Below are positions 38,301-46,300 of a stretch of 64,000 nt of DNA, one piece after another. Under the pieces are notes generated by a model. The model saw only the letters and a program-made list of their open reading frames with translations, made no database searches and was not told the DNA's origin. This stretch comes from a virus. The position numbers and the translations under genes were made by a program. Every line of letters starts with the position of its first letter. Position 1 is the first letter of the stretch. Where the stretch lies: the IMG/VR virus record IMGVR_UViG_3300025096_000006, positions 32,001-96,000 of that record; one strand, written 5' to 3'.

Positions 38301-39032
38301 TATTCTTCCATAATCGTGATCTCCAACTGCACTGTTATTCCATAAGTCAAAAATTACTTCTTTTTCGGTCTGAGTGCTTGTGTTGGCAAAAGCAGCCTTT
38401 TTGAGCCAAAACTCAGCTGTAACACCTCTTTCAAAGTCAGATTTTAAATTTGACTCTCTAGAACCAGATGCCCAATCTGATGGCAAGCCGGCATTGCGAT
38501 ATATATCAGTGTCATAAATATTTGAATATTGAAACTTGCTACTCATCGGATCAGGGTTTAACGCTGTAAGCGTATCGCCTGATCCAGTTCCAGGTCCGCC
38601 TTTAAACTCGATATATTCTTGGCTAGCTGCATAGCCATAACCATTGGTTATAGCGCCTGTTTTTGAGCCCCATCCATCAGCGCTAAGCAAGCCGTAGCCA
38701 TTAGTGCGAGGATAAAGATTATCTAAAATATAACGGTCTATGTCTAGTGACTTATTATAGAACTCGTTTATTTCCGCATCAGAACCATCATAAGGATAAT
38801 AATCGAGAATTCTCTGGACAGCTGAATCATAGTACAAATATGCAGAACCAAACTTTGCAAATGTGTTTGGTTTTTTATAATCTATCACTTGAGGAACATG
38901 TGTAGATTGCTTTTGTTTTATTGCTCTGAGATTTTTAGAAGATTCTATATCCTCAAAAGCATCTTTATTGTTTTTTGGAGACAGGACTTTAGTAGAAGGA
39001 TCCCGGTTTCCGAAAAGTTTTTTAATACTCAT
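29394..39032 (-). CDS. Giant (3212 aa) baseplate wedge-like protein with LamG/concanavalin A-like domains
   Basis: TAEFWLK..WNHYAIT..LYLNG..IDEFRFWKVART LamG motifs, a second degenerate copy (RWNISV..GLRYWGKSL), and YKTKGTERAV typical of gp7/P2 gpI-like wedge proteins. Confidence 0.7.
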   Translation of the reverse strand: MSIKKLFGNRDPSTKVLSPKNNKDAFEDIESSKNLRAIKQKQSTHVPQVIDYKKPNTFAKFGSAYLYYDSAVQRILDYYPYDGSDAEINEFYNKSLDIDRYILDNLYPRTNGYGLLSADGWGSKTGAITNGYGYAASQEYIEFKGGPGTGSGDTLTALNPDPMSSKFQYSNIYDTDIYRNAGLPSDWASGSRESNLKSDFERGVTAEFWLKKAAFANTSTQTEKEVIFDLWNNSAVGDHDYGRITIFLDGTVGSSATPFYVTVQSGSTNVYEQAVGTNTTLTSIQDWNHYAITLQNSGSDFDIKLYLNGHLDDIEKVSSKNFNELDQKDLMGRLGSLITASQPNPSSEIWPQEGNIAGGGKLSASIDEFRFWKVARTGREIGLNWFTQIRGGVNTDISNTTLGMYYKFNEGITGDTAVDDTVLDYGGRLCNGVWVGYDASSRNTGSAMVESGHAKSEYLDPIIYSSHPDVSTLQTNLRNSGSYHDRQNNSNILSMLPSWIIEEDENNSETDPWFSDLRKMTHIVGTYFDKMHIQITELSNIKNANYVSSSYKPMPFAQHLPQSLGLYTPEILVDSEITERFLNKTLTSSFEGDLTEIKNLIYVNLYNNLTNIYKTKGTERAVKNVFRCFYMNDDIVSLRTNAKNTEYTLSNKLKQSLVKTTEINFNNEDNTSAVIYQAVDGAVSTSPNEQRGYISGSHGEGKTETANSVQPGFDGYGYEDRYGFTAEADIVFPRFYRNIGNIDRSFLSCSLFGMYTAGTASSAHLVGTETTWVTNFGDSEVGPDTSNFQVHAIRESSNSKNVYFRISSSNHPYPFPELTSSVFKNVYGNNRWNISVRLEPKGYPYTGFVSGSSFGPDLDYKLIFKGINTQLNEVLNSFTLTASITGSGLGINFATGSKRLYAGAERTNITGTLINSSDVRINGLRYWGKSLTDSEILFHAKDYNNIGVSGAYENASHRDEANTQYDVTNQNYLFLNWNFENITASAADGQFHINDASTGSVEIRNNYGWLGKIGGYQHTGYGYGFAASSDNVKVKQDSNTFEFIHPEQVVSSDMIKILSDDDKVYGIVEEAPSYHMSLEKSFYGAVTKQMLDFFAGAIDFHNAIGHPVHRYRSRYKDLEKLRETFFRKVTDVQEVEKFLDYYKWFDESLATIISQLIPGSSRFSEDILNVVESHVLERNKYQSQFPTIEFMETDLNQAMAGAELSSYPWPKGHSPTPSSPRATNINSFFWRRRAKANSTELTSDDATLDSQRQKLKDIIWSTPTLSQSLPVLYTSEGASYQLKTYARRNFSKLASVSISKPVFSSSFHSVKGGVNFNQNKNIDFTYNALRPAGPVDVSDGLFIPENVLVGWSSEMEALAETHLDDLSKPEQKTKRYFRVDRGRNWAEGTYANTETSFAFPFNLMSSSVKSGYNRYVTQQIGDGLEITNLHNDTYGSLMEKPMQGPFTNQTVGGHQSRHVKFNLTGGDDYTNRPEAWKLLLGDYTDYPVIDPAYSGALAMASADYPWPEANEPDVVPYPMTASHKAWLYRDFVAKRPVNIRNIECNTGSTGDGLVVLGNYQRNYQVVNTFGAFATPRQFMNYQPSLPSEIIWDAATSSIGTHVRSILDIRRDDDSHTQLVSEYSVGYLLSGSTNKTVFVNRFSAPGGIETQTYGYQDFRASEYSVYNSLNYRNLTVIKPSQGSSGTTSEATGSTTTGIRVSDVCIDPATGVGKDYGLRSHLARHSARFGRNSAFITGTTSKIDGPATTAGGPGASTDQFPSMFKNQRNVKYVLDISNDGDIFDPSTLAVVTKSLHDNYFIGNPIPRSDKQYSWIGNSLISSSQFRYYGHAPMYGHNVGLFSSSSGYVSYYDGAWVSASSVVPELTRSFYQPTERLNTLTLDSLTGSGEDNVLGFSFDAPNTSYINNDILSEMQMGGFISGSTDYFNLLLTRRKDVFGWNWRRLHPTYHPIIADEHQKNQLSIVNSNRTITKYDLPPVSFRGRPAKINFNVDRDDTTLQVTHNNEKIYFNETALNNKIMMDLSIISTPLDYITTIAKNNSMYNLNWVVYSENIFPSARREMISSSRSRTDYDNLFWRDSRDERCTVGNALKTSFNVNRSISQSCWVLDPQCDFLTRTKAPAAHATSLDDLIASGGAGELQNNYFHFHNGVSQGNAAAPRNLVPAGLYSRKHGLSSPYSVVAPTGPLISATGSLKPYGPVSPFHPKTQIDIFGGEALWEAGSEAGILEKSGSTIVFVSKSSEPWFDEYNDFKFELNKIFKDHVIVPEFRISEHVQDYIEVGLNNRGKQNTFEIPGTNISSVTQSFYKDYSNSEFLRDFMNIKEDTLLQPHEIRLTVSAAIRFNPYKGFYPAQRTIDIVSQFSKSYGNGLVGASAIGANVFPYYGKTLVESHGGLLRPLMQTLYSPGILFNSIKSGLAVDYPIITDPLKLSASFYGVDNPGATPGNWMLTAVSGTFQVDRKAATGYQGGELFDLRVPFEAILKPDKYLSKVRPIDMEPHLSASLYASSSCGAPADETYSLMVSNFLGEVGNFFLKESNYTQLKSGIITDDLNFKAGSVYGARIKLRRSHTGPRTYQDESSSMGDNTGYGVFGAQLYSASAFQKAEFPIPQDPRQNEDGFRETFTMYSRPTAFGPPFSGRPAEGVAATSYALNTAPMDSINGFNWAYTPPYTNGEAWCDIVFRPSHTRSYDLETILSEINMVYWRADPGFITASTAPNSHGPILISALPYAADAQSKTRPYSGYNINSNAMQISASLNLLGVERILTQRKDELGNPEMIENTTAGQRWVIQPKFETPMMNFADNTVRAVDPTLPIFASGSVPRGMWHQFGLLPTDSSTGIFMEIGDIPIETLKFHYDVVNNNTVYNNSDAADTGLKLHRTMQSLTDLMGFETKETTKRLGELRESLIIREAIVAVPYTIESVDVSKKDKCGEFATTRKRFFEIPQIRVEAALAQSGTALGDSLSAAGVSIRKMIQKMQRYVLPPQFDFINNPDTDPLVMYIFEFEYEFDKDDLSYMWQNLAPRDYKKITSQHQSIAHTLDINELLSADDLCESENLRWMVFKVKQKSQVDYSDLITAQLGESTKDLFTFNEDSEGYKIMYNWPYDYLSFVELIKVDAEVLYRDPELVELIGPTFSGADEKNPIMGSGPIRAEITDLDFASRVEELTNGMPSSFGSKRNTEWQEKKNDFASRVEGLAGDPPDLDSKIKRSPKRKGKGY

Positions 39033-41145
39033 AATCCTCTACTCTAAATTTAAAGACATACGGCTGCTCTTTCCAGCTGCTTAATGTATTATCGTAAAAG
39101 GCAAACTTAAAACCATATTCATATCCAGCTTCTAACAGACTCATATCAAAATCAAAATAATTGCCAGAAACATCATACGAAAGAGCCGTATACATATCAC
39201 TACCGGTGCCATATGGTACACACTCATATCCATCAAGTACTCTAAAAACACGATAAGATGCACTTTGTATGCTTGTAGTTTCAACCTCTTTGGTTGCTTT
39301 ACTATAAATAGTTGGCGACCAGCCTTTTTCTCTAACATATAGTTCGAATCGAGACGTCTCATCATTTCTATATTTGTCTTGTAAGTTTGTAATATTCATA
39401 TAATATGTTGGTCTTGATTTAATTTGACTAGCAACTAAAGTTTCTGGAATTATTGAGCCAGTGTGAAACCTAGTTGCGCTATCAGAAAACGAAGCTAAAG
39501 TTTGTAATGAGCCTGTAAACCAAACATCATACAACCTTGTAAGATCAGCAGAGCCCGTAAAGGCAAAGGAACAAGAATAAACACCTGTGGAGACAATTCC
39601 GCCAGTTGCAACTAGTCTATTAGCAGAATTAACATATGGTCCCTGACCGTCGACGGACAGCGTTTGACACGCGCCCGAAGCGTATCCAAGACCAGCATCT
39701 CCAGATGCAGAAATAGCATTATTATCTAAGTTTCCGGAAAATATACTAACATAAATTTCTTTTTTATATCCAGCAGAAGGTCCAAAGTTCGGAAGATCTT
39801 TTAATTCGCCACGAACATAATTGTAAAAATAAATTGTATTCATATTGTCATATCGATCAGCAAGAGAGCTACTATAGAAGAAATTACCTCTATTGTCTCT
39901 TTTTGAATCATCCCAGCGCGCTTCGATAGTTGGTCTTTTAAAGAAATATTGACTTCCTCTTCCGAAAAATCTCTTAATATAATATGACACAGTAGATCCG
40001 CTAGGATTATAGATTACACCACCATCGCCCTCAGTATCTGATGAAACAGGATACACTTCCCCTGGAGATCTTGGGTGAGAGCCATCTGCTGAAGCTGAGG
40101 AATATGCTTCATAGCTAGCGCTTAACATAACCCCAACACCATAATTTGAATATGTTCCCGCCATCCATTGCTCAACAAGTGGCGTAATATCAACTTCTAA
40201 GTCTTCTAATCCAGTTGAAAAATCTTTAGTAAAAATATGCTGTTCTTGATCAAAACTGTTAGGATCTGCTGCTTTGATGCTTGATGTATGATAAGAGCCA
40301 CCAGCCAAAACAGTTCCATGAATATCTGACCAATAACCAACAGTTGGAGTCGATGCCGACCATTGAGAGGTGGCTGTAATTATACTATCTGTAATTGCGG
40401 TACCCGCTATATCTGTAACACGATTTCCTGCAATGCTAGTAGAAGTCATAGTAAGAGCAACAGTTGCAGAGGAGGCTGTAGCTGTAATATTTAACGTTCC
40501 AGCGGTGCTGGCAGCGTTAACTGCAGCCGCAATGTTAGTAGCAAACTGTGCTGCATTACTGCTTGCATTTCCAAAAGCTATTTTTGTAGCAGTTGAGGTA
40601 GTAAGGATATTATCAATAGTAAATGTAACTGCATTGCCTTCCACATCAGTAATAATAAGAGTTCTTGTATTCGCTTGTCCTGCTGTTTTGCTGAGAGCAG
40701 TTAACGTTGCGGTGGCGCCGACATTCTCAGTATTAGAAGCAGACATCCAATGAGAGCCAACGTTTCCATATGTCTCATCCTTATATCCCTCTAAATCTAT
40801 TCCATATCCTTCTTGCCAAGATTGTGAAACAGCCATAATTGTCATTGTATAATCGCCCGGTACAGTTTTAGAGTGTGGTGCGTTATACATTTTTAGATAA
40901 AAACTAACACTGCCGCTAGCGGGAACAGTTCCGTTAGTTCGATCGGTAGATATATCAGTTATTGGAAACTTTATTAATGTACGAGCTAATTCAGCCGAAC
41001 TTGTACTTTGGCGGCCATAGATAGAGAAAACATCCAATATGTCTGCAGAGCCGGCATTTGATCCAGTAGCCCGAGTTTCTAAGTCGCTTTGATACACATT
41101 AGTTATTGTGTTATCTGCGTCTGCTATATATTTTTTAATAGCCAT
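39022..41145 (-). CDS. Virion structural protein with DNRLRE-like N-terminal domain and inserted module
   Basis: ADADNTI..N.G..ARTLIKF..LKMY..VSQSW.EG..VDITPLVEQW..NYG..RPTIE pattern; lies between gp6-like and gp7-like genes. Confidence 0.55.
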   Translation of the reverse strand: MAIKKYIADADNTITNVYQSDLETRATGSNAGSADILDVFSIYGRQSTSSAELARTLIKFPITDISTDRTNGTVPASGSVSFYLKMYNAPHSKTVPGDYTMTIMAVSQSWQEGYGIDLEGYKDETYGNVGSHWMSASNTENVGATATLTALSKTAGQANTRTLIITDVEGNAVTFTIDNILTTSTATKIAFGNASSNAAQFATNIAAAVNAASTAGTLNITATASSATVALTMTSTSIAGNRVTDIAGTAITDSIITATSQWSASTPTVGYWSDIHGTVLAGGSYHTSSIKAADPNSFDQEQHIFTKDFSTGLEDLEVDITPLVEQWMAGTYSNYGVGVMLSASYEAYSSASADGSHPRSPGEVYPVSSDTEGDGGVIYNPSGSTVSYYIKRFFGRGSQYFFKRPTIEARWDDSKRDNRGNFFYSSSLADRYDNMNTIYFYNYVRGELKDLPNFGPSAGYKKEIYVSIFSGNLDNNAISASGDAGLGYASGACQTLSVDGQGPYVNSANRLVATGGIVSTGVYSCSFAFTGSADLTRLYDVWFTGSLQTLASFSDSATRFHTGSIIPETLVASQIKSRPTYYMNITNLQDKYRNDETSRFELYVREKGWSPTIYSKATKEVETTSIQSASYRVFRVLDGYECVPYGTGSDMYTALSYDVSGNYFDFDMSLLEAGYEYGFKFAFYDNTLSSWKEQPYVFKFRVEDYEY

Positions 41146-42941
41146 TATACAATTTTACCTGATATATCGCCGGCTGGAAATTTAAGTTCAAATATTGCAT
41201 TCTTTGGGCAAACAACATAAGCGCCGTCCGGAGAAAGATTTTTGTTTATATCAAACGTAACGCTGGAGTAATCGCTCCCACTTTTATTGGTTATTTTAAC
41301 CTTTAGAACATCTAGCACTCCAGTAACTTCTTTTAGTGACTGATAAATATTGCTTATAATAAGGTGTTCTCCTATAAAAAACTTTTCTGAGTATAAATCA
41401 GATAATTCTGTTATACATGAATCTAATACATCGTATGGATCTGCTGCAGCCTTTTTCTTTACAACAAACTCAATTCCTACATTGATGATATAAGGATCCA
41501 ATATATCAATTGTATCATTTATCATTTTATAATGAGTTAACCAAGTTTTTAAATTATTTTTAATTGTAGAGTTTGTAGCTATAAGATATCCAACATCATC
41601 TTCAGACATTACGTATAAATTAAGATTTCTTTTAATTGAGCTAGGATCTCTTTGTACGCTGCAGCGCAAAATTTGTCCAAACTTCTTAGGCATCCTATAA
41701 ACTAAATTTTCATAATCAGCCTGCGTAACAGCGCGGTCCTGTGTTGGAAAAGTGTCATAAATTCTTCGTTTAACTTCTGCAGCACTTAAAGAAGAAACAC
41801 TTCCCATAATCGGCGCCTCGTTCATAACTTCTATTGATGAATTGATATCAACTATCGTACTGCCAGCCAGCAAGGTTTCATCTTTAAATTCTAAAGCTGC
41901 CGAATTAACGCTGCTTAAGGCTCCTGCTCTTACATTAGAATTAGTAGGATCTGTCGATCTATAAACAATTGTCAGTGTAGTATTTACCGGCACAATACCC
42001 AAAGTTTGTGCTCGCGATAATCTAGTTGGATCAAATGTAGTATCTGTAATATATGCCTTGCCGAAAGAATTTAACGCTACGTTTTGCGGATTTGCAACAG
42101 TGTCTGACGATGCAGATTCACCACTTCCAAATTGAAGAGTTGTAGATGTTAGGGTTTGTTCCGCAACAAACTTTCTGGATACCAGCATAGGCTTTAAGAT
42201 TGAAGCAACATTGTCATCTCTAAAGTCTCTGTTGGCGACCTCTCTATAAATCATGTCTTGAGAAAGATGTTCGACTTGGTAGTATTCATTTCCTTCGGAG
42301 TCAATAACAGAAATAATTTCTGAAACATTTTGTTTGGACATTTGTACTCTTAAAAATCTTTGGTACGATCCTATCTCGATTGCTTCTGAATTGAATTGTC
42401 CAGATACAACATTACCGTATGCTTTGACTGCATAATGAGTTGGGGCGCCCGTAGATTCATCTACTCGCGAAACTACTATGCGATTTGTTGGAACTGAGAA
42501 GTCAACATTTTCAGTTAACATGAAAATCGTACCATTTTGGGTAGAGAATTGAGAACCTCTTTTTAAAACAGGAAGATATGCTTTGTCGGGTCCGACAGCA
42601 GTGCTGGATGCCGGTATCTGAAGGTATAAAGCTACCTCACCATATAACGATGGCCTTCCGGTATACTTGTAGCCCATAATTCTACCGTGCCTAATAATGT
42701 TTGAAAATTGATATGCAGTATCTAAAAACATTTCATTTACATTATAGTCTAAATAAAATGAAAGTTGATCGCCCACATAAGCAATTGTGTCAACCATTAA
42801 GGCACCAAAAGAGCCTTCACTAAAGTCTCTAAAAGTGTCAGGATAGTATCTTTCTGCTATTCCAACTAGCTCATCGCGAATAGTCTCATAGTCTCTGGCA
42901 GTGTAGTCAATTGAAACTGATTTATTATCTTTTTTGGGCAT
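41145..42941 (-). CDS. Baseplate wedge subunit, T4 gp6-like
   Basis: IDYTARDYETIR, DFSEGS.G, LSFYLD, E.FLDTA, LQFGSG, QDRAVTQADY. Confidence 0.88.
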   Translation of the reverse strand: MPKKDNKSVSIDYTARDYETIRDELVGIAERYYPDTFRDFSEGSFGALMVDTIAYVGDQLSFYLDYNVNEMFLDTAYQFSNIIRHGRIMGYKYTGRPSLYGEVALYLQIPASSTAVGPDKAYLPVLKRGSQFSTQNGTIFMLTENVDFSVPTNRIVVSRVDESTGAPTHYAVKAYGNVVSGQFNSEAIEIGSYQRFLRVQMSKQNVSEIISVIDSEGNEYYQVEHLSQDMIYREVANRDFRDDNVASILKPMLVSRKFVAEQTLTSTTLQFGSGESASSDTVANPQNVALNSFGKAYITDTTFDPTRLSRAQTLGIVPVNTTLTIVYRSTDPTNSNVRAGALSSVNSAALEFKDETLLAGSTIVDINSSIEVMNEAPIMGSVSSLSAAEVKRRIYDTFPTQDRAVTQADYENLVYRMPKKFGQILRCSVQRDPSSIKRNLNLYVMSEDDVGYLIATNSTIKNNLKTWLTHYKMINDTIDILDPYIINVGIEFVVKKKAAADPYDVLDSCITELSDLYSEKFFIGEHLIISNIYQSLKEVTGVLDVLKVKITNKSGSDYSSVTFDINKNLSPDGAYVVCPKNAIFELKFPAGDISGKIV

Positions 42942-42955
42942 CTAAAAAACCTCTT

Positions 42956-43324
42956 TTATATATCTAATGCTAATCGTTCTGTGATACCCACGCCAGGTAT
43001 TGAATATGTTAACACTACTCCTAAATAATTATGATCTGGATCTGCATATGGAAATTCTATGTTAAGTATTTGAATTCCTGGCATCCATTTACCAACTTGA
43101 GTACGAATTCGATCTTGAATGGCAGCATAACTAGTTTGATTAAAATTAGAAAAGAAAAATTGTTTTAAACCAACGCCGTAATCCGGCACCATGACTCGTT
43201 CGCCGGGAGTTGTTAACATTAACATCTTTAAATTTTGTTTTGTTTGCGTTACAAAATCTTTTATCATTGTAAAGCCGTCCACTGAATCTGTGGATAATGG
43301 TAATAATACTGCTATGGAAGACAC
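42956..43324 (-). CDS. Baseplate wedge subunit, gp25/GPW-like
   Basis: QNLKMLMLTTPGERVMVPDYGVGL matches the gp25 GER..PxxG motif. Confidence 0.9.
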   Translation of the reverse strand: MSSIAVLLPLSTDSVDGFTMIKDFVTQTKQNLKMLMLTTPGERVMVPDYGVGLKQFFFSNFNQTSYAAIQDRIRTQVGKWMPGIQILNIEFPYADPDHNYLGVVLTYSIPGVGITERLALDI

Positions 43325-43351
43325 GTTATATTTCCTTTACTATAAATATGC

Positions 43352-46300
43352 CTATTCATCACTTTTTTCACATAATTGACCGTTCAAATCATAAGGATTA
43401 TCTCTTAATCTCCTTTTCTTCCATCTCGGCAAAAGTCTTTCGCCCGGTTTTGGTCGCATTGCATCTCTCAAATTTTTCATTACAATCTCTCCAGGACGGG
43501 GCTTTGACCAGCCATCAAAACTCCAATCTCTAAAATGATAATACTTTTTAAATCTTCTTTTTAGTTTAAGTTTTGTTCTTTTTAATAAGACCTTATCCCA
43601 ATCATCCCACTCTCTAACATACAAAGTACCAATACTAGCAGCCTGTCTCTCCGCGGCGCTTGCCCAGCCGGCATTTCCACTAGTTTCTATGGATGCTATT
43701 TTACCGGCGCCATCTTTTGTTATCTCAGCAAAAACTCCCGGCTTTGTATCTTGGCTAGCATCGATTCCTATGGTATCGCCGGTGCTAACCGTCCATTCTC
43801 CAATTGAAGGAAGAAAAGCCATATCGCAATATATTGCTATTGTAGACAATATTTTATTTAACGGAAAAATATATTTGGTAAATAATTTAAAATTATCATC
43901 TTCTTTTAACATATTAACCAGACATAAAAGCAGTTTACTATTATCTTCTAAGGGTGCTACATTGTTTATTTTATAGTCCAAAGCATCAACCTCTACGGTT
44001 GTTAATGTAATTTTCTGATCGTTAATCATTATAGAAAATTCTAAACCATGCCTAATTCCCAACTCACCAGTTAATCCGATAACCTGACCACTACCATAAG
44101 GATCTAAAACCTGCTCAAGCGATCCTGGATATAAATCAGATATATTAGGCATAGTTTCAGTACTGTAGGTTGAAGCTATTGTAGACAATTCATCCATAGC
44201 TGTGCTAACAGAATACTTGATACCATCAATACTCATGTATTTTTCTACCATAAATATTTTTGTAATATCGTAAGTTGTAGCTGTACCATAGTCACTTATG
44301 CTCCCAATTGGCACTATTACCTTACTAGCTGTAGGCTGTAAAATGTCGTGTGCTTCCTCTGTGTGAAACTCGCCAGCCATATAGATCATTGCTCCATCAG
44401 TGTCTTCGTGAATGTGATAATATCCTACATAATCTTCTCCAGAAGACGAAGCTAGTTCTCCGCCAGATGAATAATATGGACCTGGATATTCATAACCTTG
44501 CTCACCTGGATCGGGCTCATCTTTGGTTGGTAATCCTACAATTTCTTCTTTAATTTTCTTATTTAATTCTAAGTTCGATCCGTGTGTTAATTTCATAAGA
44601 ACATAATCTGCTAAATCAGAATAATATTCTCCCTCTTCAGGACCCATTTCGACTAATGACAAGTTATTTGTTAGTTTTTCCCCCATCTTATTTAATTCTT
44701 CAACAATTAAATGTCTTAATACCACTTTAGCGTCATCTGAAGAAGCCTGAACAGCTTCAAGATTTTCATTATATCGGTATGTTTTTATTGAACGTACCCG
44801 AGGCTCTTGTTTTAAATCTTTAGCAACTTGTAAACTATTGGCGTTGGGTCCCTCTGGGGATTTAGCGTTTGGAGATAGAGAAGGCTCTTTCATAGGATAC
44901 ATGCTTTTGTATGTTTCTTGAAAATTATTTAGGTTTGACATTGCAGTCAAAACGTTTTGAGGAGGTTCTAAAGTTGTTCCCTCGTCAAGCTTTCTACCAT
45001 ACATTTGAACCACTTGTTCTAAAAATGAAAACCAAAATTCGTCATCTTTAAAAGGATTAAGCGCTTCGGATCCGGGGCCCTGTGCATCTCTAAAAGACTG
45101 TTCCATTTCTTCAACAATATATGCTGCATATGCAGAACTAAACACCTCTGAAACTAATGGTTTAAATTTAGAAATTACGGGAATTATTTTTATTAAATGA
45201 GTGCATGCATAAATTCTACATGCTGCGGTGATAAGCCCTTCTATTCCAGAAGCCGAAGCTCTTTCTAAAATTCTATTGTAAGGCAGCTCATAAACACAAT
45301 CTGGATCTGCTTTTAATCTTTGGTCCTCGGGAATTGATGGATAAGACTCCTTCACCTGATCTTCAATTTCTTCAAAATCTACAAGATCTGTTCTGTTTGG
45401 TTTACACGGACTTAAATCGGGAAACAACACATCAATAAGACCAAGCCAGCCTTTATTAGGCATTGGCTTTATATAAAGAGGCGGATTCTTATAGCTACCT
45501 CCAAATTCCATAGGATCTAAATAAAATACTCTAGTTTTTTCAGGAGTTCCGGCCTCGATATTATCCCACATATCTCGACTTATTCCTAAAATTGCATCAC
45601 TGTTTCTAATTTTACGCTGTCCGCCTGATGCATCTTCATCTTCAATTTCGCCTTTAGAATATAGCTCACCTTCATTAATGTATCCTTGCGGAACAAGGTA
45701 ATCTATACCTGCCCTTGTTAAATCATCATATTTGGCGCCATATTGAAAGGCTATATTGGGATTATCAGAATCTCCAGCAATATCAGAGACCAACATCTTA
45801 AATAAAGTTTGCATTTTCTCGTTATAAAAACTTTTTGCTGTTGTTGTATCTACGCCTGTAATTTCAGACAACAGCACCACTTGAGGAGCATATTCAGAAA
45901 TAGGTTCATCGGCATCTTCAGATCCTTCAAATAGCACATTATAATTAGGATATTGTGTAAAGTTTAAATCAAGCCCCGAATACCATCCGTCATCAGATAC
46001 AAATTCATATAATAATTCTTCACCAACTGAATCAGAATCTCCGGATCCGTCCGGTTCAGCGCCGCCCTCTTCAATATCTAAATGTGCAGCTATAGATGGA
46101 ACCATCGCATCAGGATTTTTTAGTTCAGTAATCATAATTCTCATATTATCACTGCGGCGATTTGTTATTGTACCAGTTACTCCATTTTTCTCTAGATCGG
46201 ACAAAAACATCTCTATTCTAAACCCTTCAGAAAAACTAGTTCCATACAGGGCTCTAAATCCTCTACCGTTATCTCTAAAGTCCAACGCAATATCGGGAGT

